In this document: piece after piece, positions 49,661 through 58,690 of the stretch
Layout of the letters: every line of letters begins with the position of its first letter
Position numbering within the stretch: the first letter of the stretch is position 1
Assembly (NCBI GenBank): GCA_964599625.1
Contig: CAZRGC010000004.1
Coordinates: forward strand, 75,705 to 139,704
Direction of reading: 5' to 3'
Source of the DNA: an uncultured Gammaproteobacteria bacterium
Lineage (GTDB): Bacteria > Patescibacteriota > Microgenomatia > UBA8517
Length of the DNA: 64,000 nucleotides
Position numbers and translations under genes: made by a program
Notes under the pieces: model-generated
What the model was told of the DNA's origin: nothing
What the model saw: only the letters and a program-made list of their open reading frames with translations
Database searches by the model: none

Positions 49661-50554
49661 TCAAGATTCCTCTTCTTCGATCCCTATACACAAAAACCAA
49701 AACCACATAAAACCGAAGATGATGTAATTAGGAGTAAACAAAAGTATTACGAGTGTTGACAACTGGACAGACTTTATAAAAAAGTTTTCTTGACCAACGG
49801 TTGTTAGATTTTTATAAACCTTAAACATCCATACAACAAAAGGTATTGAGAATATTCCAAGTCCCGAAACAATTTCCAGCAATATGCTATGTGCAAAGCT
49901 AGTAGAACTGCTCACAAGTCCAAAATTTCCCAAACCGACTCCCCAGATATTGTCAAAAAAAACTTTTATACTTTGAAAAAAATAAGGTCTGTTAAAAATA
50001 GTGGTTTTAGAAAGCCCCATAAACAAAAGTATGATAATGCTTAAAAGAGTGAAACCCACTTTCCATTTTGTAAAAATTTTGCTTACTTCCCCGTTTGCCA
50101 AATATAAAAGACCTAAAATTATTCCTAATATGACAGTTCTATTGAAGGATATAACTGCAAATACTAGAGTTATTATTATCAGGTGGGGTTTCACTTTTAC
50201 ACCCTTTTGCGCAACCTCTGTCAGTGCATAAAACCCCCATATTAACCCAAGGTTAAAGTGTATGGTTGGATCGGTTTGGGGAAAAATAAAAAAAGCGAAC
50301 TTGGCTAACTCAATTGGAAAAATAAAGGACAGCAAATACAAACCGGCGTATAGAAATGAAAGATATTTTATTGATTTTGTAATCAAATGAAAACTTTGAT
50401 TGTAGTTATAAAAAAATAAATACCCCAACACACCCAAGTTAAAGTTCAGGGCATATCTTAGGGGGTTGACTGTTTCGTTGATAAAAAATGGAAATAAGTT
50501 GAGTAATGCCGTAAATGTAAGAAGAGAAAAAAAACCCGGTGGTATTGATACCAC
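49661..50554 (-). CDS. Wzy_C-domain polytopic protein, paralog 2
   Basis: IFNRPYFFQSIKVFFDNIWGVGLGNFGLVSSSTSFAHSILLEIVSGLGIFS. Confidence 0.65.
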   Translation of the reverse strand: MVSIPPGFFSLLTFTALLNLFPFFINETVNPLRYALNFNLGVLGYLFFYNYNQSFHLITKSIKYLSFLYAGLYLLSFIFPIELAKFAFFIFPQTDPTIHFNLGLIWGFYALTEVAQKGVKVKPHLIIITLVFAVISFNRTVILGIILGLLYLANGEVSKIFTKWKVGFTLLSIIILLFMGLSKTTIFNRPYFFQSIKVFFDNIWGVGLGNFGLVSSSTSFAHSILLEIVSGLGIFSIPFVVWMFKVYKNLTTVGQENFFIKSVQLSTLVILLFTPNYIIFGFMWFWFLCIGIEEEES

Positions 50555-50768
50555 TTTGTTATTTGAAATATATATCCCAAAGCCAACAAATAAAAAAACA
50601 AATACAAAAGTGAAGACGAAAATGCCATGGTATAGCCGGAAAAAGACAGGAAAAGTGCACCCAAAAAAGATGCAAACATTGTAAATTCCAACAACTGGGT
50701 TAATGTGTTTAAGTGGTTTGTTTTGTTTTTTGTCAATTTAGTCTATTATAAATTATGAGCGCTCTAAA

Positions 50769-51209
50769 ATGGGTGTTGGCATTTTTTATACTGATATTTA
50801 TAAGTCTTTCCGGTTACTACCTATACACAAAAATAAGTACACCAAAACCAACCGTTTCGGCTGTAGTGATGAACCTAGGGAGATTCCCTCTGCTCCACCC
50901 AAATTGACAACAAGTCAGGTGGCCTACCGTGTTGATGACTTTTTTAGTTCTAATTTAAATCCTGGTGAAACTTTTACCATCCAAGGTCAACTTCAAAGTG
51001 CGCAACCCGAGTTGATTAATATAAATGGCATCGATTTTGTTTTTGTGATGGGAGTTGTTAGAACCGATAAAACCATGGTCAGAATTCATTTTACTCAAGA
51101 GGAATATGATTATGTCGATCCTGTCTTACGAGAGGGTGTTTGGACACACCAGAATGTTTCAATCAGTATTACAGAAGGCAACTACGAAATCCGTCACCTT
51201 GGAGAATAA
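50769..51209 (+). CDS. small protein paralogous to 49128..49592
   Basis: Shared ...G(T/I)(F/D)(V/F)...(V/I)HF(K/T)(S/Q)(D/E)EY(E/D)... pattern. The start and anchor are less clear. Confidence 0.45.
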   Translation: MGVGIFYTDIYKSFRLLPIHKNKYTKTNRFGCSDEPREIPSAPPKLTTSQVAYRVDDFFSSNLNPGETFTIQGQLQSAQPELININGIDFVFVMGVVRTDKTMVRIHFTQEEYDYVDPVLREGVWTHQNVSISITEGNYEIRHLGE

Positions 51210-52264
51210 TCTTCATTTTCTTCCAGGCCTATGCTTATGAACCAAAGCCACATGAAGCCTATTACTATGTAGTTTGGTGTAAACATTAAAATAAACAGAA
51301 TTGATAGTTGGACCGACTTAATAAAGATTTTCTCTTGGTTCGCAGAAATCAAGTTTTTATAAACAGCCACAATCCAGACTATAAATGGCAGTGAAAACAC
51401 CCCCAATGCCGAAATCATCTCTAAAAGTATGTTGTGAGCAAAATTAGTTGAATTACTAACCAGAGCAAACCTGCCTATTCCAGTCCCCAGCGGATACTTG
51501 GATAAACCAACAATCGACTCTAAAAAGTATGGCCTAGAAAAAAGTATTGATTTAAATGATCCGAAAACCAGAAAAAAAAGCGATAAGCTGATTAAAATAT
51601 ATGGAAAATATTTATTAAGTGTTTTTGTTTTTGACATGTAAAATAGATACAGAATTGACGTGACTACAGACAGCACTGCAGACCTGGAGAAAGAAACGCC
51701 AATAAAAAAAATTCCAACAACTGTTATTGCTAGTTTAGTTAGGTTTAATCCATGTCTATATCCGAATATTGTTGCTACAACAACGACTGCCCACAGATCA
51801 CCGACATTGCTATGTTTAATGGTGTCGGTCGGAGGAGCGAAGAGTGTTGAAAGACTTGGCAAGTCAAAAGTTACGAATTGAGAAATAAAATACATCCCCC
51901 CCATAAGTAAACCTAGGGCAACAAGCAAGTTGCTGTAGAAATTCCTAAATACCTCGTTAAAATTACTAGCCAGCAGTATGAAAACAATACCTGAAAAGTA
52001 GATGTAAAAATAGTAAAAATCACCCTTTGTGGTCAATGTGTGAATTCCTGCAACCAAAATAAATACAAGATAAATCCAAAAAGAGTTTTGTATTTTTACC
52101 TTACCTTCAATTAAGATTTTGATTCCCAAAAGAATCGTGCCAATGATGATTCCCGAAAACAAGACAATTTCTCTGAAGATACCAAAAGAACCAAGCATTA
52201 TCAAAACAGAAACTATTATAAATGTCAGGCCATCAAACGTTTTCATTTGGAGCGTTCTTGTCAT
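51194..52264 (-). CDS. Wzy_C-domain polytopic protein, paralog 3
   Basis: LFSRPYFLESIVGLSKYPLGTGIGRFALVSNSTNFAHNILLEMISALGVFSLPF. Confidence 0.7.
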   Translation of the reverse strand: MTRTLQMKTFDGLTFIIVSVLIMLGSFGIFREIVLFSGIIIGTILLGIKILIEGKVKIQNSFWIYLVFILVAGIHTLTTKGDFYYFYIYFSGIVFILLASNFNEVFRNFYSNLLVALGLLMGGMYFISQFVTFDLPSLSTLFAPPTDTIKHSNVGDLWAVVVVATIFGYRHGLNLTKLAITVVGIFFIGVSFSRSAVLSVVTSILYLFYMSKTKTLNKYFPYILISLSLFFLVFGSFKSILFSRPYFLESIVGLSKYPLGTGIGRFALVSNSTNFAHNILLEMISALGVFSLPFIVWIVAVYKNLISANQEKIFIKSVQLSILFILMFTPNYIVIGFMWLWFISIGLEENEDYSPR

Positions 52265-52275
52265 CCTAACTTAGT

Positions 52276-53226
52276 TTACCTTAATTTTTTATACCAGTCC
52301 CAAGCCCTGTAGATCCCCTTATGCAGCTGCGTTTTTGGTTTGTACCCAATTGTTCTTGCGGCAAGTCCAATGTCTGCATAGGAGTCTTTAATATCACCTA
52401 TTCTTTGCGGTCTTTGCTCAACATCGAGTTTTGTTTTTGTGACTTTTTCAATCAAATCTTTGACTTGTAACAAGTTAAGGTTTTTACTACTACCAATGTT
52501 CAAAGCAATACCCCTTAGCGGTTTTTTGCAAATCATGGCTTTATAATTGGCATCGACAACGTCATCTACAAAGCAAAAATCCCTTGTTTGAGTTCCATCA
52601 CCTTCCAAATATCCTGATTTACTCTTCTTTGACAAAGTGTCTAGCCAGGCCGATATGACTGTGGAATATGGGGAGTCACCAAACTGCCCAGGTCCGTAAA
52701 CAGAAAAATATCTTAGTGATACTGTGTCCAAACCATATATATTTGAATATATCTTGCAATACTTTTCGGAAGTGTATTTTTGCAAAGCATATGGAGAGGT
52801 AAAATCTTTGCCCGCTTCGTCTTCGGGTGTGGGTATACTCTTTGTGTTTCCATAGACCGATGAAGATGAAGAATAAATAAATCTTTTGACTCCGTATTTT
52901 TTGGATTTATCTAAAAGATTTATTGTTCCATTTATATTAACGGACGCAGTAATTACCGGCTCCTTAATTGAAAATGAAACTCTTGGCAATGCTGCAAAAT
53001 GGAACACATATTCTGGTTTGTGTTTTTTAAAAATATAATCAGTTTTTCTGGAATCCAAAATTGAGGCCTTGTAAAAGATTGATTTTGGGTTGACTGAAGT
53101 TTTTTTTCCTGTTGATAAATCGTCTATGCCTACAACCGTTGCTGAAGGATTTTTTTTAATAAAATAATTTACAAAATTACTGCCGATAAATCCTGCCGAT
53201 CCTGTGACCAAAATACGTTTAGGCAT
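52276..53226 (-). CDS. NAD-dependent epimerase/dehydratase (UDP-sugar epimerase/decarboxylase-like SDR)
   Basis: ILVTGSAGFIGSNFV Rossmann motif, with YALQK (Y-x3-K). Confidence 0.85.
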   Translation of the reverse strand: MPKRILVTGSAGFIGSNFVNYFIKKNPSATVVGIDDLSTGKKTSVNPKSIFYKASILDSRKTDYIFKKHKPEYVFHFAALPRVSFSIKEPVITASVNINGTINLLDKSKKYGVKRFIYSSSSSVYGNTKSIPTPEDEAGKDFTSPYALQKYTSEKYCKIYSNIYGLDTVSLRYFSVYGPGQFGDSPYSTVISAWLDTLSKKSKSGYLEGDGTQTRDFCFVDDVVDANYKAMICKKPLRGIALNIGSSKNLNLLQVKDLIEKVTKTKLDVEQRPQRIGDIKDSYADIGLAARTIGYKPKTQLHKGIYRAWDWYKKLR

Positions 53227-53282
53227 TTTTATTTTTTGATTATATCAGAACCTAATAATCCCCTATCTGGTAAACTAATGTA

Positions 53283-54095
53283 ATGAAACTTAAAAAGCAT
53301 TTTCTAGTATATTTTCTGATTTTTTTATTTGTTATTTTGACCTCAGAAATATTTTATTCTTTTAAAAACCGGACTCTTTTTTTGGAAAGAATTTTTTTTC
53401 AGCTGGTTTACTCAAACACACGTTTTGAGGACACGCTCATTAAAGTTGTACCAGATTTGTATACAAAGTCATATCTTAGTTACCTAAAAGACATAACTTT
53501 AGAAGAAACAGCATATGGGTGTAAGCCCTTGTGTGTTTCTTATGTTGAATCTCTCAATTTGCTTAAGACTTTCCAAAAAATCGAAAACACTAAGATTTTT
53601 GAATTAACCGACTTGCAATCAAAATCCGAATATTATTACTTGATGGCAACAGCCGCTGTCAGAGTCGATTTTCATACCGCAAGCATATATCTAGATAAGT
53701 CGTTGGAATATTTTCCTCAAAATTCAAAATCGTTAAAGTTTAAAAATCAAATTAATACAATTTTTCAGATATTTCACGATTTAAACGCCAGAAATGATGT
53801 AGATGTGTGGTTGCAAGCAAATCCTGAAACACTTATGCAGTTCGAGAGAGATTACTTAGCTTTTGCCGCAAATGAATTGGGTGGTTTATATGACGTTGGT
53901 TCACTAAAATCTTTAAACTATTTCGAAATTGCAGTTAATTTGAACCCTTGGAATGAAGAATATTACATGGATTTGTACAACGCTTACAAGGTCAAAAAAG
54001 ACCAAGGTGTTTTAACGGTTCTTGAAAAGTGCATAGAAAAATTAGGATCTGATGCCGGGCGTTGTTTATCGGAAAAAAATACTCTCAAACGTTGA
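53283..54095 (+). CDS. membrane-anchored hypothetical protein (possible helical-repeat/TPR-like)
   Basis: N-terminal TM LVYFLIFLFVILTSEIFY. The rest is helical-looking with no catalytic motif. Confidence 0.45.
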   Translation: MKLKKHFLVYFLIFLFVILTSEIFYSFKNRTLFLERIFFQLVYSNTRFEDTLIKVVPDLYTKSYLSYLKDITLEETAYGCKPLCVSYVESLNLLKTFQKIENTKIFELTDLQSKSEYYYLMATAAVRVDFHTASIYLDKSLEYFPQNSKSLKFKNQINTIFQIFHDLNARNDVDVWLQANPETLMQFERDYLAFAANELGGLYDVGSLKSLNYFEIAVNLNPWNEEYYMDLYNAYKVKKDQGVLTVLEKCIEKLGSDAGRCLSEKNTLKR

Positions 54096-54809
54096 TCTAA
54101 AATACTCTTTAATAAATATTAAATTCGCTAAAGTATATCTTTTGAAAAGTCTATTGGGTTCTTGAAAAAACCTAAAAACCCATTCCAAATACATTTTACG
54201 TATTATTAGCGGAGCTCTCCTTTTTGTGCCGGCAATATAATGGAAAACTCCCCCAACTCCCATATACAAAGCGTTCGGAAGACTTTTCAAATTCTTTTGG
54301 ATCCAATACTCCTGGTATGGCACTCCCATTCCAACAAAAACCAAATTCGGTTTTTTTCTATTCAAATCACTTAATAAATTTAAATTTTGTTTTTTGCTGG
54401 GAAAACCATTATGAAAACCGGATATATTAATTTTCGGATAACGTTTTCTTATAGCTCCTACAGTTTTTTCGATAACTGGCTGTTCACACCCAATTAGATA
54501 AATTTTTAAATGATGTTTTGATATTTGTTTTAGTAAATCAAAAATAAAATCTCCCACGTTCAACCTTGAATCTAATTTTTGTGGAAGATGAAGTGAGGCA
54601 AGAACTGGTCCCCAGCCATCGGGGTAAATTATTTTAGATGTGTTGATTATCTTGCGATACCTTTTATTTTTAAGATAAGTAACAACACCATAGGCATTCA
54701 TATTGCTTATCAATGTTTTACTATTTTTCTTTGAGTAGAAAATAATTTTATCAAAGAGCTCTTCTTTATCAATTCTGTTAAACGGTACCTTGCCAAATAT
54801 TTTAATCAT
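54066..54809 (-). CDS. tagA: WecB/TagA/CpsF-family (GT26) glycosyltransferase
   Basis: KIYLIGCEQPVIEKTVGAIRKRYPKINISGFHNGF...PNLVFVGMGVPYQEYWI matches the TagA/WecG core. Confidence 0.8.
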   Translation of the reverse strand: MIKIFGKVPFNRIDKEELFDKIIFYSKKNSKTLISNMNAYGVVTYLKNKRYRKIINTSKIIYPDGWGPVLASLHLPQKLDSRLNVGDFIFDLLKQISKHHLKIYLIGCEQPVIEKTVGAIRKRYPKINISGFHNGFPSKKQNLNLLSDLNRKKPNLVFVGMGVPYQEYWIQKNLKSLPNALYMGVGGVFHYIAGTKRRAPLIIRKMYLEWVFRFFQEPNRLFKRYTLANLIFIKEYFRSTFESIFFR

Positions 54810-55929
54810 TTAAAATTTTTGCTGAATACATGCGTATATTTTTGACAAAGACTTCACTCGAAAACTTTTTGGAATAATTCCATATGTATTTGTAACTAAA
54901 CTTGGTTTGTGAAAATTTAATGAGTGCTTTTTGCAATGCCGCTTCGGATAAATCGTAAAAGAATATGCCAGTCTTGCCAGGAATGATTGTCTCTTTGTGA
55001 CCTCCGGAATAATATGCTATAGAAGGCTTGCCATATCCTGCCGCTTCTGCAATTGTCATCCCAAAGTCCTCGTCTGAAGTTGCGACGATAAGTGCCTTGG
55101 ATTTTTTGTAAATGTTATTAAGATGTGAGTCATTAACCTCACCCAAAAATTCAATATTATTCGCCCCAAAAGCCAGTTTTTGTAGTCTCCTTTTTTCTTT
55201 GCCTCCCCCGACTATTTTTAGATTCAAATCGGTATTTTTGAATGTTTTTATTATTAGATCGACATTTTTATATTTAACAAGTCTGCTAACTACCAAAAAA
55301 TAATCACCTCTTTCGTAGGGTTTTTTTTGTGCTGGGCATGGTGGATTGATTACCACTGAGCCTCGTTTGTAAATGTTTTTGATTCTTTTGGAAACGTTTT
55401 TTGAGTTTGCAATAAATAAGTCAACTTTTTCATTGCTTTTTTTGTCAAATACTTCTAGATAAGTGTTCACAATATTCAAAATAAAACCAAACGCTTTTGT
55501 TTCCAACCCAGATTCTGTTGACAACCCGTAAATAAATCTGGGAGGTGTATGGCAGTAGCATATATGTTTTGTTTTGTCTGAAATTGGAATTGATTTAGAT
55601 ATGTTTGAACCAGATGAAGATATAACCAAATCAAATTTCTTTGTGTCAAAGAATCTCCACACCAAAGGCAGAATAGGTCTATACAAAAGCGGGTATCTGC
55701 GGAGTAATGGAATATTTTGAACCCATGATGTTATGATGTTCGCTGTTTTAAAATTATCCATGAAGCTACCCATTCTTTGGTAGTCAATTGAAGCTACAAA
55801 TATAGGTGCGGAAGGAAATGTCTTGTGAAGTTCCTTAAGAACCCTTTCACCTCCTCCAAATGTTCTCAGGTAATCATGGGCAATAGCTACTCTTTTATTT
55901 TTTAATATTGTGTATGAAGTCGAGCTCAT
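54802..55929 (-). CDS. glycosyltransferase family 4
   Basis: C-terminal ...ATSDEDFGMTIAEAAGYGKPSIAY (GT4 E-x7-E region). Confidence 0.75.
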   Translation of the reverse strand: MSSTSYTILKNKRVAIAHDYLRTFGGGERVLKELHKTFPSAPIFVASIDYQRMGSFMDNFKTANIITSWVQNIPLLRRYPLLYRPILPLVWRFFDTKKFDLVISSSGSNISKSIPISDKTKHICYCHTPPRFIYGLSTESGLETKAFGFILNIVNTYLEVFDKKSNEKVDLFIANSKNVSKRIKNIYKRGSVVINPPCPAQKKPYERGDYFLVVSRLVKYKNVDLIIKTFKNTDLNLKIVGGGKEKRRLQKLAFGANNIEFLGEVNDSHLNNIYKKSKALIVATSDEDFGMTIAEAAGYGKPSIAYYSGGHKETIIPGKTGIFFYDLSEAALQKALIKFSQTKFSYKYIWNYSKKFSSEVFVKNIRMYSAKILND

Positions 55930-55937
55930 AAAAACAC

Positions 55938-57950
55938 TTAGAAAAGATTTTCTCCTTGCATGCCGTCAGGTTTTTCAAGACCGGCAGTCACAAGAATTGA
56001 TGGGGCAACATCAATAATGTTGGGATTGTCTTTTTTAATTTCTTTGTTGGATAAAATTACACCCGGGACCAGCGACGCGTCTATTAGATGATCACCGCTC
56101 CATTTACTGTGCCTTTTTAAAATTATATTCTTTGGGGTTGATCCGACTGCAGTGTCCCAAGATGCCCTGATTCCCGATGCGTACCCCAAAATTAAATCTG
56201 GAGCGTTGGGGTCGGTGATATTTAAATCTTTTTTGTCGTACAAACGTTTAAAAATAAACTTTCCTGTAAAAGGGTTTTTGTATTTTAATAAAGATTTTTT
56301 TAGGTTATCCAAAATCTGCGCTTCTTCTGACTCACTAACTGTGCCGCGACTTTCTCTGGTCTTTTTATTTAAATAAAGACTGTTATAACCAACTGCATAA
56401 GCATTTGTTTTTTCCCAGTTAACTCCTTCAAGCATTTCTCCACCTGAAGCCAAACCATTTTCCAGAGATAAAAAACCGTTATTTGCCAACCAAGAGTTGA
56501 GATTGAATTCATAGTCAAATTCTGTAAATCCATGGTCCGATAAAACAATAACAGTATCGCTCTCAGTAACATACTCGTTTAAAATTTTACCCAAAAGACT
56601 ATCCATTTTTACGTAATAGTCTAATATCGTATTTTTATATGGTGACTTTTTGTCGTTTCGGTATCTCCAAAACATATGCTGGATTGTGTCCGTCATGCCA
56701 AGATAACCCACAAATACACCTTTCTTTTGCTTGTCCAAAGTGTCAAACAAAATACGGGACCTTTCGTCAATCGTTTGATCAACCTGTTTTAAAAACGCTT
56801 CTTCGTCTAATATGTCTTCTTCCAGTGCCCAAGTATCGTGCGGCAGTCCTAGTGTCGAGAATGTTCCATTCTCTTTTGCAACTTGAGAAGAGAAATTTTT
56901 TGGAAAAGATATGTCAAAGACTGGTCTTTCCGGGTCGATGTTGATTGGACTCAAATATAATTCAAGATCTGGGTTTTGTGATTTAAGGTAGAACATTCCA
57001 ACCCCATGGATTTTTGTAAAAAAATCCAACTTGAACTCAAATTTTATCCAAGGCGACCACTCGCCTTCTTTGAGTTTAAATTTTTGATTTTGAACATCTA
57101 CTTCAATAAAACCGTCTTTAGCGTTTCGCTTTACATCGACTTTCAAGTTTGAGGTTTTGGTTTCTGTGAGACCGTTGTATTTTGGACCCGGGACAGTAAC
57201 TGTAATTTTTTCTGAGTTAGTGACTGGTACAATATTCCCTCTCCAGTTGTCGGTTTTTGAAACTTTTTTAGACGTAATTAGGGTAAATGTCCCCTCCGTT
57301 CCTGTGATATCTGGGGTGCCCATTCCCGAGAGCATTGATCCGGCAAGCTTTTGAGAAGGGTAGGTGTCTGGTAAAAACAACACATTAACAGGAATGTTGC
57401 TCTTGGAGAGATATTCCCAAAACTTTGGAATGCTCAGGAATTTTTTTTCTTTAGAGAAGACGAGAGACGGTTCGTATGTTTCTTGGTCACGTACAATAAA
57501 GTCGTATATGTGGTGTTCGCTTGGGTTTGTTCCAGTTATAAAACTTGCCCAGGCAACCGGGGACTGAGGGGGCGTAGTTGTTTGTAATTTTTTATAGCTT
57601 CCCGTTGATTTGAGTTTGGCGAAGTTGGGTAGCTTGTTTGCTTTTATTCCCTCGTCAATGATTTTGGGATCCATGCCGTCAAAACCCAAGACAACAACCT
57701 TCTTGTTTAAGTTATTTGAATCGTTATTTTTGGATTTTTGCATATTAAAAATGAAAATAAATATAACAACTAAGATAATAACAAATAAAACGAGATTTCG
57801 TTTTCTAAAAAATTTACCGGCAAGTAGTACAAGTGGACTTGCAATGGCCATTATATATCCCAATAGAGTTGAAATGGCGGTTCCATATACTACTCCACTC
57901 CCCGGGTCGAGGTATGTTAACACTCCTAGTTGTAAGTTTTTGTTAGACAT
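55938..57950 (-). CDS. membrane-anchored nucleotide pyrophosphatase/phosphodiesterase-family enzyme (alkaline-phosphatase superfamily, Thr nucleophile)
   Basis: VVLGFDGMDPKII...TTTPPQSPVAWASFITG (NPP GxDG + T-nucleophile motif), and VLSDHGFTEF (metal site). Confidence 0.75.
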   Translation of the reverse strand: MSNKNLQLGVLTYLDPGSGVVYGTAISTLLGYIMAIASPLVLLAGKFFRKRNLVLFVIILVVIFIFIFNMQKSKNNDSNNLNKKVVVLGFDGMDPKIIDEGIKANKLPNFAKLKSTGSYKKLQTTTPPQSPVAWASFITGTNPSEHHIYDFIVRDQETYEPSLVFSKEKKFLSIPKFWEYLSKSNIPVNVLFLPDTYPSQKLAGSMLSGMGTPDITGTEGTFTLITSKKVSKTDNWRGNIVPVTNSEKITVTVPGPKYNGLTETKTSNLKVDVKRNAKDGFIEVDVQNQKFKLKEGEWSPWIKFEFKLDFFTKIHGVGMFYLKSQNPDLELYLSPINIDPERPVFDISFPKNFSSQVAKENGTFSTLGLPHDTWALEEDILDEEAFLKQVDQTIDERSRILFDTLDKQKKGVFVGYLGMTDTIQHMFWRYRNDKKSPYKNTILDYYVKMDSLLGKILNEYVTESDTVIVLSDHGFTEFDYEFNLNSWLANNGFLSLENGLASGGEMLEGVNWEKTNAYAVGYNSLYLNKKTRESRGTVSESEEAQILDNLKKSLLKYKNPFTGKFIFKRLYDKKDLNITDPNAPDLILGYASGIRASWDTAVGSTPKNIILKRHSKWSGDHLIDASLVPGVILSNKEIKKDNPNIIDVAPSILVTAGLEKPDGMQGENLF

Positions 57951-57997
57951 AATAGATAGACCAAGTTATACACACGTATTATAATTTAAAACTGTTA

Positions 57998-58690
57998 TTG
58001 TTTGATTACATGATTAACAAAACACTCGACAAAAAAGTAGAGTTTGCAAAAAATATAATTGACAAGGCTTCCAACAGATTCAATTTGGATAAAACGGTTG
58101 TAGCTTGGACGGGTGGTAAAGATTCAACGGTGGTTTTACATTTGATAAGGCAAATGTATGGTTCGGTAAAGTTCCCTGTTATGTTTAACGACTCAACCCT
58201 TGAGTTTCCTGAAATTTACGAATTTATCGAAAAGATTTCCAGGAGCTGGAACCTGGAGCTTGTAATTGAACGCCATGACTCAAGCCTTTTAGCAAAATAT
58301 GAAGCATCTAAATCAAAATCCGAAAAATTCATGCTTTTAAGGGAAATGAAAATAAAAGCCCTTAAAGATTTTCAGTCCAGGAATTCGATAGAGGCATATA
58401 TTGTGGGAATACGATGGGATGAACATCCTTCAAGATCCAGAGAAAAGTTTTTTTCTACAAGGGAAAACCACACCAGGGTGCATCCGATATTGGATTTTAC
58501 AGAAAAAGATATTTGGGACTATATACACAAATTTGATGTGCCGTATGTGAATCTTTACGATCAGGGCTACAGGTCACTTGGAGAAAAACCGCTGACTAAA
58601 AAGGCTTTGCCAGGTGAAGGTGAGAGATCCGGTAGAGAAAGGAAAAAGGAAGACAAAATGTCCAAACTTCGAAATATGGGTTATTGGTAA
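57998..58690 (+). CDS. PAPS-reductase-family PP-loop protein
   Basis: VVAWTGGKDSTVVLHL is the SGGxDS-type PP-loop. Confidence 0.75.
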   Translation: MFDYMINKTLDKKVEFAKNIIDKASNRFNLDKTVVAWTGGKDSTVVLHLIRQMYGSVKFPVMFNDSTLEFPEIYEFIEKISRSWNLELVIERHDSSLLAKYEASKSKSEKFMLLREMKIKALKDFQSRNSIEAYIVGIRWDEHPSRSREKFFSTRENHTRVHPILDFTEKDIWDYIHKFDVPYVNLYDQGYRSLGEKPLTKKALPGEGERSGRERKKEDKMSKLRNMGYW

